Positions 1-9,216 of a stretch of 32,000 nucleotides of DNA are shown here, in pieces. The notes below the pieces were generated by a model that searched no databases, was not told where the DNA came from, and saw only the letters and a list, made by a program, of their open reading frames with translations. Position numbers and translations under genes: made by a program. How positions within the stretch are numbered: the first letter of the stretch is position 1; every line of letters begins with the position of its first letter. Source of the DNA: Nostoc sp. PCC 7120 = FACHB-418 (lineage in GTDB: Bacteria; Cyanobacteriota; Cyanobacteriia; Cyanobacteriales; Nostocaceae); assembly GCF_000009705.1 (NCBI RefSeq), contig NC_003272.1, positions 4,320,001-4,352,000 of the forward strand. The letters run 5' to 3'.

Positions 1-540
1 GGGAGTGCAGAAAATGCTGTGGCTATGGTTAATGCTATTCGAGATGCTTTAATTGAGTTATCCCCTAAAGATAGAGAAAAATATACTCAGAGGGCATCAC
101 AGCTTACAGATGAATTAAAACAGTTGCATAGCTGGATTAATCAGCAGATACAGACAATTCCGCCTGATAAACGCAAACTAATAACAACCCACGATGCTTT
201 TCAATATTATGGACGAGCTTATGGGTTGGCGATCGCTGGGACTTTAATTGGCATTAGCACCGAAGAACAGCCAAGCGCCCAAACAGTTAAAAGATTGGTA
301 GACTCGATTAAGAATATCGGTGTACCTGCAATTTTTGCCGAAACTACAATTAATCCCACTTTAATTAAAACTGTTGCCGAAGAAGCAGGGATAAAACTAG
401 CACCAAATCAACTCTACTCTGATTCCATCGGTGCTAAAGGAAGTAATGGTGATTCCTATATCAAAATGATGGAAGCGAATACACGCACTATCGTAGAAGC
501 CTTGGGTGGAAAATATACACCCTTTGAACTCAAGCAATAA
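1..540 (+). CDS. Metal (Mn/Zn) ABC transporter substrate-binding protein, TroA/MntC/ZnuA family. Only the C-terminal part is present; the 5' end lies outside the window.
   Basis: The frame is open from base 1, so the listed GTG at 19 is internal. Motifs TTHDAFQYYGRAYGL and PAIFAETTINP are typical of cluster-9 metal-binding proteins. TAA stop at 538-540. Confidence 0.8.
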   Translation, partial: GSAENAVAMVNAIRDALIELSPKDREKYTQRASQLTDELKQLHSWINQQIQTIPPDKRKLITTHDAFQYYGRAYGLAIAGTLIGISTEEQPSAQTVKRLVDSIKNIGVPAIFAETTINPTLIKTVAEEAGIKLAPNQLYSDSIGAKGSNGDSYIKMMEANTRTIVEALGGKYTPFELKQ

Positions 541-590
541 ATATTTTTCGGCTTGTTTTTTTCAAGTCTAAGGTCACATCTAAATGTATA
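541..590. repeat. Copy 1 of a ~50-bp imperfect direct repeat that starts right at the stop codon of the metal-binding protein gene
   Basis: Aligns base for base with 719-768 at 44/50 identity. All six differences are transitions. Confidence 0.8.
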
Positions 591-652
591 TAGAGATCCG
601 ATTTGATTCCTGTTGGCGTAGCCTGCGCTAGCGCATAAAATTCCCAGTATCT

Positions 653-707
653 GTAGGGTGGGCAATGCCCACCAAAACCATGAGCAGGTGGGCATTGCCC
701 ACCCTAC
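653..707. repeat. Inverted pair of the GTAGGGTGGGCAATGCCCACC element, a Nostocales-type intergenic hairpin repeat
   Basis: The 653-673 arm and the 687-707 arm are near-perfect reverse complements, separated by a 13-nt loop. A related single unit occurs at 11418-11434. Confidence 0.8.
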
Positions 708-718
708 TAAAGAAATGA

Positions 719-768
719 ATATTTCTTGGCTTGTCTTTCTCAAGTCTGAGGTTACATCTAAATGTATA
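719..768. repeat. Copy 2 of the ~50-bp direct repeat
   Basis: See 541-590. The preceding 5 nt also match (aataa vs aatga). Confidence 0.8.
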
Positions 769-899
769 AGCTGAGATATATCCTTAGATATGTAATTGTC
801 ACCAAAATAGAAAAGTATCACTAGGGAAGGAACTCAATTAACATTTGATTTTTTAGAGTGTGTTAGTAAACAAAAAATATTTTAATCATCGAAATAGCC

Positions 900-1250
900 A
901 TGACTAACGAAAATCTAGAAAATCAAAATAATCAAGCAAAAGAAATTAAACAACCAGTAAGTAAAGATTGGCATTCCCGCGAGGAACCAACTGCCAAAGA
1001 AAGAAACTTAACAGCAAACCCAGGAGATAGAATTGCCGACGAACCCCAATCTATTGAAGAGAAAGCCAAGAAGGTGGCTGTAGATGCACCAGACATCACA
1101 GGTGATCATATTAAAGTACCTACCTACTTTGTTGTTGACGAACCTAATGGTGAACAAAAAGCATTACATCACGTCAAAGATGCTGAAGAAATTTCTGATG
1201 TAATTCGTCAAGCTAGAGTAGATGAGAACGGAAATCGTATTTGGTGGTAG
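900..1250 (+). CDS. Hypothetical small acidic hydrophilic protein (116 aa)
   Basis: ATG-initiated ORF in an otherwise non-coding gap, with protein-like composition. No recognisable motifs. Confidence 0.55.
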   Translation: MTNENLENQNNQAKEIKQPVSKDWHSREEPTAKERNLTANPGDRIADEPQSIEEKAKKVAVDAPDITGDHIKVPTYFVVDEPNGEQKALHHVKDAEEISDVIRQARVDENGNRIWW

Positions 1251-1347
1251 TTCTTAATTCTTTTTCCTATTTGTAGTGGTGTGACTGGACTAAAGTCGTA
1301 CATTAGACGTAGGTTGGGTGGAGCGCAGCGCATTATGATAGGTCGTA

Positions 1348-1377
1348 GATCCCCGACTTTTTAAAAAGTCGGGGATC
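1348..1377. terminator. Perfect 30-nt palindrome (GATCCCCGACTTTTT/AAAAAGTCGGGGATC) between convergent genes. It is either a possible bidirectional terminator or a member of a dispersed hairpin repeat family.
   Basis: The two 15-nt halves are exact reverse complements. It lies between the 900..1250 (+) stop and the dnaE-N (-) stop. Neither strand has a clean U-tract. Confidence 0.4.
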
Positions 1378-1424
1378 TCAACACCCACAGTCTGTCAAAA
1401 TTCACAGGCTGACGCATAGATGAA

Positions 1425-4058
1425 TTACTCTGGTAAACCCTTCACTTGCAACAAGTCCAACTCTTGTTCAAATATTTCATCAATTGGCAACATCTTGCCA
1501 TCTTGAGTCATAAATTTGTGGTCTTTTGTTGCCTTAATTATTGACCCATCTTCTAAGCAATATTCAAATACTTCTTGTTTACCGCGATGATGCCATTGAG
1601 CAATGGGTTGAGTGTAAACAATACCATTATTATTAATGCTAAATACACTACACTCAATACCTTTCTCTACAATCTCGCCAATGGGGACAAATCCATATTC
1701 AACTGTTAAAACTTCTGTATCATAACTTAAACAATATTCGGCAAATTTCAACATATCATCAAATAGCTTCTCAGCTACTTGCTTTTTCACACCATTTTTA
1801 GTTGAACCATCAATAAATTTTTCTTGCTGCTTCTGCATCTCCGAAACTTTCTTTTTACCCATCGCACGGCGCAGCAAGTCGGCTTGTCCTAAGGTATAAC
1901 CAGCCATATCTTGAGCAATTTTCATGATTTGCTCCTGATAGACCATGATTCCATAGGTTTCATTTAATATTGGTTCTAAAAGCTGGCTTTCATAATCGAT
2001 ATTTTCCCGCCCATGTTTACGGTTAATAAACTTAGGAATTAATCCAGCATCTAGAGGGCCTGGTCTGTAAAGTGCCAAGATAGAAGAAATATCTTCAATA
2101 TTAGAAGGCTTCAAATCTCTTACTATCTGTTTCATCCCTGAAGATTCTAATTGAAATATGCCTTCTAATTCACCAGATTCCAACAATTCATAGGTCTTTT
2201 GGACATCTTTTGGCAGAGTTTTATATTCACCTTTAGCTAAGATTTTTTGTGCTTTACGTTCTTGACTGGTGATTTCGTAAGGGTCAATTCTAAAACCATG
2301 TTTTTCTTCAATCAAGTCAATGGTTTTTTGGATCATCGTCAGGTTTTTTAAGCCTAAGAAGTCCATTTTTAACAAACCCATTGATTCCAGATCTTCCATG
2401 AAATATTGAGTAATGACAGACCCATCATTATTTTTTTGCAGTGGGACGATTTCATCCAATGGATCAGCAGAAATAACTACACCGGCAGCGTGAACACCAA
2501 AGGTTTTGTTAGTCCCTTCGATTCGCATCGCCATATCCAACCAATGGCGAACTCTGGGGTCGTTATCATATTTTTCTTTAAACTCTGGTTCCGGGGTAGC
2601 ATCGGAAATCATCACCTTCAGTTTGGTGGGTTTACCCCGGACTACAGGAATTAATTTTGCCATTTTGTCGGATTCCCCATAGGGAATGTTTAACACTCTG
2701 GCGACATCTTTTAACACTGCTTTGGAAGTTAGACGGTTAAAAGTAATGATTTGGGCGACTCTTTCTTTTCCATATTTATCTGTTACATATTCAATTACTT
2801 TATCCCGTTGTTCAATACAGAAATCTGTATCGATATCAGGCATGGATTTACGTTCTGGGTTCAAAAATCGCTCGAAGAGTAACCCATGATGTACCGGATC
2901 AATGTTAGTAATTCCCATTGTGTATGCTACTAAGGAACCAGCCGCCGAACCCCGACCAGGCCCCACAGGGATATTATTATCTCTAGCAAATTTGATGTAG
3001 TCCCAAACTACTAAAAAGTAGCTGGAGAATCCCATTTGTTGCAACATTTTGAGTTCATATTCTAGCCTTTCTCTGTAGACTGGCTCGACTTCGTTGCGGG
3101 ATTTACGATTGAGTTTCTCCAATAGTCCTTGCCATGCAACTTCTTCAACATAAGTATCAGGAGTATGACCTGAAGGAATTGGGTAGTTGGGAATGCGAGG
3201 CTCACCCATAATATGGTAAGGCTCGACTTTATCCGCAACTTCTTCAGTGGTGGCGATCGCCTCTGCAATTACATCATCGGTTAAGTGGTCGCGGAATAGC
3301 AACTTCATCTCTTCACCAGATTTGAGATATTCTGTACCGCTATACCGCATTCGCTTATCTTCACTAATTAGCTTGCCAGTTTGAATACATAGCAATGCGT
3401 CGTGTGCTTCTACATCAAAGCAAGAAATGTAATGGGAATCATTGGTAGCAACAAATTTAATCTCTAACTCACGGGCAATTTTAATAATTTCTACGTTGAC
3501 AATACGGTCTTCTTGTGAACCGTGGTCTTGAATTTCTAAATAAAAATCATCACCAAAAACATCTTTATACCACTTGGCAACTTTCCGCGCTGCATCTGGT
3601 CTGTTGCTAAGAATTGCTTGGGGAATTTCTCCACCTAAACAAGCACTGGTAACAATTAAGCCTTCATGATACTCTTTGAGCAAATCTTTATTAATACAAG
3701 GGCGAGAAAAAATACCTTTACCTTGCACACCTTGGAGGTGAGAGATTGTCGTTAATTTGACTAAATTTTTGTAACCTTTAGTATTTTTAGCTAAAACAAC
3801 TTGATGATATTTAGGGCGACCACGTTCTTGTTTTTCCAGGTCGCCGTTCAGGATATACATTTCGTTGCCAATGATGGGCTTAATATTTTTACTGCGGCAA
3901 ATTTTCAGTAGTTCAATAGCACCATACATGACACCGTGATCGGTAACAGCGATCGCTTTCATACCCAAGGCGATCGCTTGATCAATCAACTCAGGTAGCT
4001 GACTAGCCCCATCCAGCAGGCTGTAATCACTATGAATATGTAAAGGTACAAAGGACAT
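1425..4058 (-). CDS. dnaE: DNA polymerase III alpha subunit, N-terminal half (DnaE-N) fused to the N fragment of the naturally split DnaE intein
   Basis: PHP domain start [18 protein letters not shown], polymerase core motifs (PDIDTDF, GVHAAG), and an ending of ...[19 protein letters not shown]...LPE. Confidence 0.97.
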   Translation of the reverse strand: MSFVPLHIHSDYSLLDGASQLPELIDQAIALGMKAIAVTDHGVMYGAIELLKICRSKNIKPIIGNEMYILNGDLEKQERGRPKYHQVVLAKNTKGYKNLVKLTTISHLQGVQGKGIFSRPCINKDLLKEYHEGLIVTSACLGGEIPQAILSNRPDAARKVAKWYKDVFGDDFYLEIQDHGSQEDRIVNVEIIKIARELEIKFVATNDSHYISCFDVEAHDALLCIQTGKLISEDKRMRYSGTEYLKSGEEMKLLFRDHLTDDVIAEAIATTEEVADKVEPYHIMGEPRIPNYPIPSGHTPDTYVEEVAWQGLLEKLNRKSRNEVEPVYRERLEYELKMLQQMGFSSYFLVVWDYIKFARDNNIPVGPGRGSAAGSLVAYTMGITNIDPVHHGLLFERFLNPERKSMPDIDTDFCIEQRDKVIEYVTDKYGKERVAQIITFNRLTSKAVLKDVARVLNIPYGESDKMAKLIPVVRGKPTKLKVMISDATPEPEFKEKYDNDPRVRHWLDMAMRIEGTNKTFGVHAAGVVISADPLDEIVPLQKNNDGSVITQYFMEDLESMGLLKMDFLGLKNLTMIQKTIDLIEEKHGFRIDPYEITSQERKAQKILAKGEYKTLPKDVQKTYELLESGELEGIFQLESSGMKQIVRDLKPSNIEDISSILALYRPGPLDAGLIPKFINRKHGRENIDYESQLLEPILNETYGIMVYQEQIMKIAQDMAGYTLGQADLLRRAMGKKKVSEMQKQQEKFIDGSTKNGVKKQVAEKLFDDMLKFAEYCLSYDTEVLTVEYGFVPIGEIVEKGIECSVFSINNNGIVYTQPIAQWHHRGKQEVFEYCLEDGSIIKATKDHKFMTQDGKMLPIDEIFEQELDLLQVKGLPE
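1428..1733 (-). other. Split-intein N fragment (IntN, 102 aa) at the C-terminus of DnaE-N
   Basis: The Cys1 codon is at 1733-1731 (minus strand), preceded by the extein sequence [27 protein letters not shown]...DHKFMT...LPE closely matches my recollection of Nostoc/Anabaena DnaE IntN sequences. Confidence 0.95.
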
Positions 4059-4217
4059 AACTCTCTCCCAGCGCTAGCCCACAATCTTCCCCTGGGATTT
4101 CTTGTGAGCCAGATTTTATCTAGCAACGGAATCTTAGATTAACGCTTTTAGGGAATTTTCACTTCCGCAATATATGTATAAATAATGATAAGTGGATACG
4201 GAGAAAAAATATCTTAT

Positions 4218-4236
4218 GTCCCCAGTCCCCAGTCCC
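4218..4236. repeat. STRR-type heptamer tandem repeat (CCCCAGT, about 2.5 copies)
   Basis: gtCCCCAGTCCCCAGTccc lies directly downstream of the 4243..4710 (-) gene end. Confidence 0.7.
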
Positions 4237-4242
4237 TGCAAC

Positions 4243-4710
4243 TTACCTTAAAACTCGCATTGTCAAAGGATAGCGATAATGTTCACCATTGTAAGCTTTT
4301 GTGGCAGCAAAAGTTACTAAAAATAGTTGCAATAGTAGTAAGGCTACAGTGAAATACATCCAAATAAATAATAAGCTGTCTAAAACTGTACTAACTTGAT
4401 TTATTTCACCATTAGTAGTGACTGCAATGCTACAACTAGCTAAAACTAATAGTAATGAGATAGCTATGACAAAGACGATATAGAAAGTCAAAGAAATCTG
4501 AAAATTTAACGATTCTTTACCTTGGAAATCAACCCAGGGATATTTGACTTTTCTAGATTTCCAGACTAAGAAGGGGATCAAAATATTTAATGGTAAAAAT
4601 AGAGGAACGCCTAAAAATACTACAAAGAATAAAAGTAACCACGCGAATAAAGCTGAGAAATGACACAACATCGCCCAGACCCGCATTTGTTTGTTGTGTT
4701 GTAATCTCAT
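4243..4710 (-). CDS. Small integral membrane protein, DUF4870-like
   Basis: Three or four hydrophobic helices. The HFSALF...PLxxW...GKESLNFQIS pattern resembles the DUF4870 family. The start could instead be an internal Met. Confidence 0.6.
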   Translation of the reverse strand: MRLQHNKQMRVWAMLCHFSALFAWLLLFFVVFLGVPLFLPLNILIPFLVWKSRKVKYPWVDFQGKESLNFQISLTFYIVFVIAISLLLVLASCSIAVTTNGEINQVSTVLDSLLFIWMYFTVALLLLQLFLVTFAATKAYNGEHYRYPLTMRVLR

Positions 4711-4781
4711 GGTTTTTTATCTCATGTGGATTGAGAAAGAATGCTTATCCACATTATCAATAAAAAAAGCCCCAAAACAGC

Positions 4782-5945
4782 TTAAAATTTGAGAATTTCT
4801 CGGTCATAATTTTCCGGTAGCGGTTCAATTTCCCATACTATGCCTTCTCCAGCCTCTAAAGCAACTTCAACGTAGAGTTGTTCTACAGCATTTGTGGCAA
4901 TATCTTCATTATTGGGAAATGACTGTAGGTCTTCTGTGAGGAGTCGGAGTTTAAAGCCACCGGGAATAACTGCACCTACGGTTGCATTCCGTAATTCAAA
5001 GCGCCAATAAGATGCGTCTGGTTCACCTTGTGGTGTAATCAACAGTTCGTATAGTTGACCAGCAATGGTTAATCGGCGAGACAAGGTGACACCCGCTTGT
5101 CTATCTTCTACACTCCTAGCCCCAGCCGCACTTAATTGTAAATTCAAGCGTCCCCAACCCATATTCTGTGCTACTTGAGACACACCACTTTGCAACCATT
5201 GTAGTACCAATCTCTGCTCAGGCAGTCCCAAACGGCGTTCATATAAACTTTGCCGCCAGCCGCCATGTTCAATTAATGCGCCCCATAGTTGAAAAGGGAT
5301 GGCTAACCGGGGGTTAATGATTTCTGGATTGCTTAAACGGGTGATGAGATTTTGGGCTTGTTCCTGGGGTAGGTTTGGTAATGCAGCTAGGGCATTACGT
5401 GTGACTTCATCAGGGCATAAATCCTGCGCTACAGCTAACACACCGAGATCTTTAACAATATCAGTTATATCTAACGAATAGGTGCGATCGCCTGGATCAT
5501 ATTGGCCTTGATTCTTCAGTTGCGTATGGGTACAGTAGCCCCAAACTTCTACATATTCCCCATCTACTTGCACCGCTAAATAATAATCCCCTGCCCAGGT
5601 TGGTAAATCTACCCATTCTTGCTGCACACGCAATTCGCTGTGATCAATATTTTCACTGGGAACCAAAATAAATCTCTTTCCGTCAATTGTGACTGCGGTT
5701 CCATTCACTAGTTCCCAAAGACTGGCTAGAGTCATGGTGGATGGCCACACCTTTGCCTGTGTGGAAAAGTCTTCCTGTAACCACGGCAAGACTGCTCTCA
5801 GGCAAAGTTCGTTGATATAAGCTTGATAACCTGAGTAAGGATGAGAAAATAACTGGCTGTCAATACTTGCTGTTGTAGAGTCAGGGATTTCTAAAATCAG
5901 GTCTGTCGAGTCAGCAAAGGTGAATACTGTGGGGTTAGCAGTCAT
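4782..5945 (-). CDS. DUF1822-like cyanobacterial protein (387 aa), function unknown
   Basis: ATG with GGAG 9 nt upstream. The size, the soluble composition and the position just downstream of a sigma-like gene fit my recollection of DUF1822. The family call is not verified. Confidence 0.6.
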   Translation of the reverse strand: MTANPTVFTFADSTDLILEIPDSTTASIDSQLFSHPYSGYQAYINELCLRAVLPWLQEDFSTQAKVWPSTMTLASLWELVNGTAVTIDGKRFILVPSENIDHSELRVQQEWVDLPTWAGDYYLAVQVDGEYVEVWGYCTHTQLKNQGQYDPGDRTYSLDITDIVKDLGVLAVAQDLCPDEVTRNALAALPNLPQEQAQNLITRLSNPEIINPRLAIPFQLWGALIEHGGWRQSLYERRLGLPEQRLVLQWLQSGVSQVAQNMGWGRLNLQLSAAGARSVEDRQAGVTLSRRLTIAGQLYELLITPQGEPDASYWRFELRNATVGAVIPGGFKLRLLTEDLQSFPNNEDIATNAVEQLYVEVALEAGEGIVWEIEPLPENYDREILKF

Positions 5946-6070
5946 AGGGTTTACTCCGGGGATTTCTTTGGCTGGGTTTGGGGCAAGCTGGGAAAATTGC
6001 TGTTTCCCGAACAGACGTGAAAATCTCCAATTCTTTATTAATAGTTAATTTTCGACTGTTTTAGCATTTT

Positions 6071-7246
6071 TTATGTATTAGAGACATTGTAGTAATTCTG
6101 TAACCAGTCTTCTATTAATGTACTCATAGCTTTGAGTATGTCTGAAGTCAGGGAAATATGCAGTATGTCTTGACTCCAGCTAGCTACAGACCGCAGTAAA
6201 GTTTCCTTGGCTTTGGTTAATCGCCGGGAAACAGTGTACTGTTTGATCTCTAATTGTTGAGCAATGCCATCTTGATTGAGTTTTTGCTCGTAGTATAGTT
6301 GCAGTATTTGTTGTAGTTGCGTGTCGAGTTGAGCGATCGCCTCAACTAAGACTTGATAAATTTCCGTTTGTTGAGAACTTCTGGCTTGTTCTTCTTCTTG
6401 GGCAATAATTTCCTGAATTAGGGATGGCTGTTCTGTCCCTGGGAGATTATCTAGTAACTCAAATGAATCATCAGCACCCTTAGATACATTGAGAGAATCT
6501 GGGGTGGGATAAAGATACTTACGGGCTGCTTTCGCTGCATTTAATAACCACTTTTCCATATCTTGGGGATTAGCGGGTTGGTGGCTTTGGGAATTGTAAG
6601 CTTTGGCGATCGCCTCCCAAGTAGTATCATCTGGTCGAGACAGTTGGCGAGAGTTAGCCGCCTTGGTGGGGACATACAAAGTTTTGAAGCAATTCCAAGC
6701 AAGGATATAGGCAGGGATCTCCGTTGAGGATAAACCACTGTTTTGTAAAGACTCATACAAGCGCTTCTGGCTGATTTTGCGTAACAGACCCCAATCAGTA
6801 CAGATATCGACTTCTTGACGTTGGCGTAAAGTTTCGCGGATTGCACTACCAAAAATAATACTGGCGTAGTTTTTCAGGGTACTGCTTTGACTGGGATCGA
6901 AACCTTTCAGGACTCGATCAACTTGGGCGATCGCTACTTGGAAACAATCAGATAACCTATATTGCGTACTGACAAAACTAGCGGCTGTTTTTTGGGATAT
7001 CCAATAACAAGGTTCTTGCAAATAAGCAGCCAGATGTTGCTTCGCCAGAGGTTGAGTTTCCGGAATCTGCCAAAACTTATACCAATATAAAGCCCAAAAA
7101 TATTCCGAAGTTTCCTTTGGCGTGTGCTTCAGACAACCGAGGATGCTACGACGCAATCGTGATTCCGTCGCCCAACCACTGAAGCGATCGGCATCGAATT
7201 GCACAAAAGTCGAAAAAATTTCAGTAACGCTTTGCCGAGGTTGCAT
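6071..7246 (-). CDS. Divergent sigma-70 family RNA polymerase sigma factor-like protein (about 391 aa from the ATG at 7246)
   Basis: Region-4 HTH-like C-terminus (LQQILQLYYEQKLNQDGIAQQLEIKQYTVSRRLTKAKETLL) and a region-2-like segment (LKNYASIIFGSAIRETLRQ). The track start at 7321 adds 25 implausible hydrophobic residues. Confidence 0.7.
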   Translation of the reverse strand: MQPRQSVTEIFSTFVQFDADRFSGWATESRLRRSILGCLKHTPKETSEYFWALYWYKFWQIPETQPLAKQHLAAYLQEPCYWISQKTAASFVSTQYRLSDCFQVAIAQVDRVLKGFDPSQSSTLKNYASIIFGSAIRETLRQRQEVDICTDWGLLRKISQKRLYESLQNSGLSSTEIPAYILAWNCFKTLYVPTKAANSRQLSRPDDTTWEAIAKAYNSQSHQPANPQDMEKWLLNAAKAARKYLYPTPDSLNVSKGADDSFELLDNLPGTEQPSLIQEIIAQEEEQARSSQQTEIYQVLVEAIAQLDTQLQQILQLYYEQKLNQDGIAQQLEIKQYTVSRRLTKAKETLLRSVASWSQDILHISLTSDILKAMSTLIEDWLQNYYNVSNT

Positions 7247-7624
7247 AAGAACTAGAAGCCGACCTAGAGGAAAAATGAAGGCGTTAAACGACACCTGCAC
7301 AAACTTTACTATAAGCAACAAAGATTATGTTTGCGCCAGTCAAGTAATTTTCTTAACTGTCCTTGCATTTCGAGGAAAATTTTGAAATATTCAAAAATGT
7401 CAAAAGCGATCGCACCCAAAGAAGCACAAAGCAAAGTCAAAGCCTCCTAAGCAATAGCCGGATTAGTTAAGAAGCCCACACTGTAACTATACTCAGTTCA
7501 GTGTGTGAAGTATGTCATGTAAAATCCTCAATTATCAATTATCCTATTTTTATTAATTTGGTCAGGCGATCGCCATCCTATTTTTTTGCAATCACTCATC
7601 TAAAATCAGATAAATAACTACCCA

Positions 7625-7670
7625 TAAAAAACAAATTAAGGTGCGTTTGGCAAAACCATAACGCACCTTA
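7625..7670 (-). terminator. Rho-independent terminator for the 7699..8292 (-) gene
   Basis: An 11-bp stem (TAAGGTGCGTT / AACGCACCTTA, 7637-7647 and 7660-7670) is followed on the minus strand by ATTTGTTTTTTAT. Confidence 0.6.
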
Positions 7671-7698
7671 TTTCTAACAAATGACTAATAACCAATGA

Positions 7699-8292
7699 CT
7701 AATTGGCCACTTCAGCTATTTCTATCACCCGCCCTTCATAATCCTTGACTAGAAAATTTAGAGGCTTCTGGTTACGAATCTTAAATTTTAAACCGCGTGT
7801 TTCTACCCGCATCAAAACCATTTCTAAACAGTCACGGTCGAAGCAAACGTGACGTTGCTGATTTTTTACACCCAAACTTGCACCTGTAATTACGTGCAGT
7901 TGAGTATTCTTCTTCAATTGATACCACAGCCCATCACTGGCATTATTCATTGACTTGCCAGTCCAGCTAGGACTAGTAGACATATATAGCGGATCTATGC
8001 CCGTTGCGCCTATAGTTTGTTCGTAGTTGTAGTAGTAGTGCAGTGGTACTTCTGCGGCTGGCAAATCTAGTAGCCCTTCGTATAATTGTCGGGCAATCTC
8101 TAGATCGGACACCATCACAGTATGCACTTTAGGCGCACTGGTGAGGAATAGCCACATAGCACCAGCATAAGCTGCTAGCAGCATCACCATGATGCCTTGG
8201 GTCGAAAAAAGGCTATCTAGAGGCAAGGAGGGCAAAAAAGAGCCTAAAACAGGGGGAAGCCGGAACGATATCACACTAGCTGCTATAACCAT
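7699..8292 (-). CDS. Membrane-anchored protein with a glyoxalase/VOC-like domain
   Basis: A hydrophobic N-terminus is followed by VMVSDLEIARQLYEGLLDLP, which resembles the first beta-alpha unit of the VOC fold. The ATG is at 8292; the track start at 8298 is TTG. Confidence 0.5.
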   Translation of the reverse strand: MVIAASVISFRLPPVLGSFLPSLPLDSLFSTQGIMVMLLAAYAGAMWLFLTSAPKVHTVMVSDLEIARQLYEGLLDLPAAEVPLHYYYNYEQTIGATGIDPLYMSTSPSWTGKSMNNASDGLWYQLKKNTQLHVITGASLGVKNQQRHVCFDRDCLEMVLMRVETRGLKFKIRNQKPLNFLVKDYEGRVIEIAEVAN

Positions 8293-8477
8293 GAACAAAT
8301 TAAAAATTATATAAGGGAGCCGCTTTTATTTTTGTCTATAAAGACTTCAGTTAAGAGGTCTTTGTTCTAGTGTACAAGACTAAACTAGTCTGAGTCTTCG
8401 TTCTCAACAGACCTACATCAAGATATTATACGGCTGACTCAAAAATCTTATTGCCAACTTTATTTTAATCAGTATCA

Positions 8478-9119
8478 ATGGCCAAAGTTATGCAAATTCC
8501 TCATTTTTCTGAAGCTAATCACCCACTGGTAAAGTCTCTTTTTCACCACAGTGACCAAGAATTGCTGGATCTGTTTCAGTATCATCCCGATGCTGGTAAG
8601 TACTTTACAGTGATTTTCTGCCGTTATAGCCCAATAGTCTACACGTTGATTCAACATTCTGCGCGATCGCCTGTACAGGCCGATTATCTTTTTGCTCTGA
8701 CTTGGCGACATATCTATTACGAACTTGGTGGACTGGATTTAAAAAATCCTCTCCCAGGTCAAGAGGGGTTGACCTTACAAAATTGGCTGATTAATATCAC
8801 AGCTTACTGTATCAACGAAATTCAATTACCCCCAACAGAAGCCATTCACTATTCTCTGCAAGCAACTTCACCACCACTCTGGTGCTATGTCGAACAAGCA
8901 TTAGACCAACTGCCCCCCATGTTACGGTTGATGGTTTTGATGGCGCAAACCTTTCATTGGAGCGAAACTCGCATTGCTGCTTATCTACAAGCAGAAGGGG
9001 AAAAGGTAACACCTGCTGAAGTAGCCAATTTTCTCCAAGAAGGCTATCGTATGCTAGAGGACAAATTACCCGCAGACATCCGCACTATCTACTTGGGCGA
9101 AGATTTGGTTAAGTCATAG
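8478..9119 (+). CDS. Small divergent sigma-70/ECF-like protein (213 aa)
   Basis: C-terminal region-4-like segment ALDQLPPMLRLMVLMAQTFHWSETRIAAYLQAEGEKVTPAEVANFLQEGYRML, plus an N-terminal region-2-like helical segment. Confidence 0.55.
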   Translation: MAKVMQIPHFSEANHPLVKSLFHHSDQELLDLFQYHPDAGKYFTVIFCRYSPIVYTLIQHSARSPVQADYLFALTWRHIYYELGGLDLKNPLPGQEGLTLQNWLINITAYCINEIQLPPTEAIHYSLQATSPPLWCYVEQALDQLPPMLRLMVLMAQTFHWSETRIAAYLQAEGEKVTPAEVANFLQEGYRMLEDKLPADIRTIYLGEDLVKS

Positions 9120-9216
9120 GTTAAGTATATACGCGTATACTGCTAGTCTTCATGCTGACATAATAAAACTTTTCTGCCAGCTTTTACTTAAAACCGCAAT
9201 TTCATGGGTAAGTTTT

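Noticed and set aside
541-768. Possible CRISPR array or other tandem array based on the 50-bp direct repeats
   Set aside because: There are only two copies, they are 12% diverged, no cas genes are present, and the 'spacer' consists of known hairpin repeats.
456-821. 121-aa minus-strand ORF spanning the end of the metal-binding protein gene and the repeat cassette
   Set aside because: It overlaps the well-supported plus-strand CDS and then runs through the direct and inverted repeats. Its composition (WFWWALPTLQ etc.) is translated repeat sequence, not a protein.
2406-3268. Three short ORFs (2406..2654 +, 2686..2889 +, 3062..3268 -) inside dnaE-N
   Set aside because: They are antisense or out of frame relative to a strongly conserved polymerase CDS. 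They have no motifs and are typical shadow ORFs.
7247-7321. 25-codon N-terminal extension of the sigma-like ORF; similar TTG/GTG-extended starts at 8298, 11957, 13576, 18985, 20035, 23255 and 30528
   Set aside because: In each case an in-frame ATG a few codons downstream gives a more plausible N-terminus (a signal peptide or a conserved start). The track simply takes the first ATG/GTG/TTG after a stop. Starts remain unverified without homology or TSS data.
5299-7385. ORFs 5299..5481 (+), 6541..6852 (-, alternate frame) and 7122..7385 (+) overlapping the DUF1822-like and sigma-like genes
   Set aside because: They are embedded in, or antisense to, longer and better-supported CDSs. They are Arg/Ser/Cys-rich in the way off-frame translation usually is.
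8475-9012. Minus-strand ORFs 8475..8711 and 8812..9012 opposite the 213-aa sigma-like gene
   Set aside because: They are antisense to a longer ORF that has a recognisable HTH. They have no motifs of their own.
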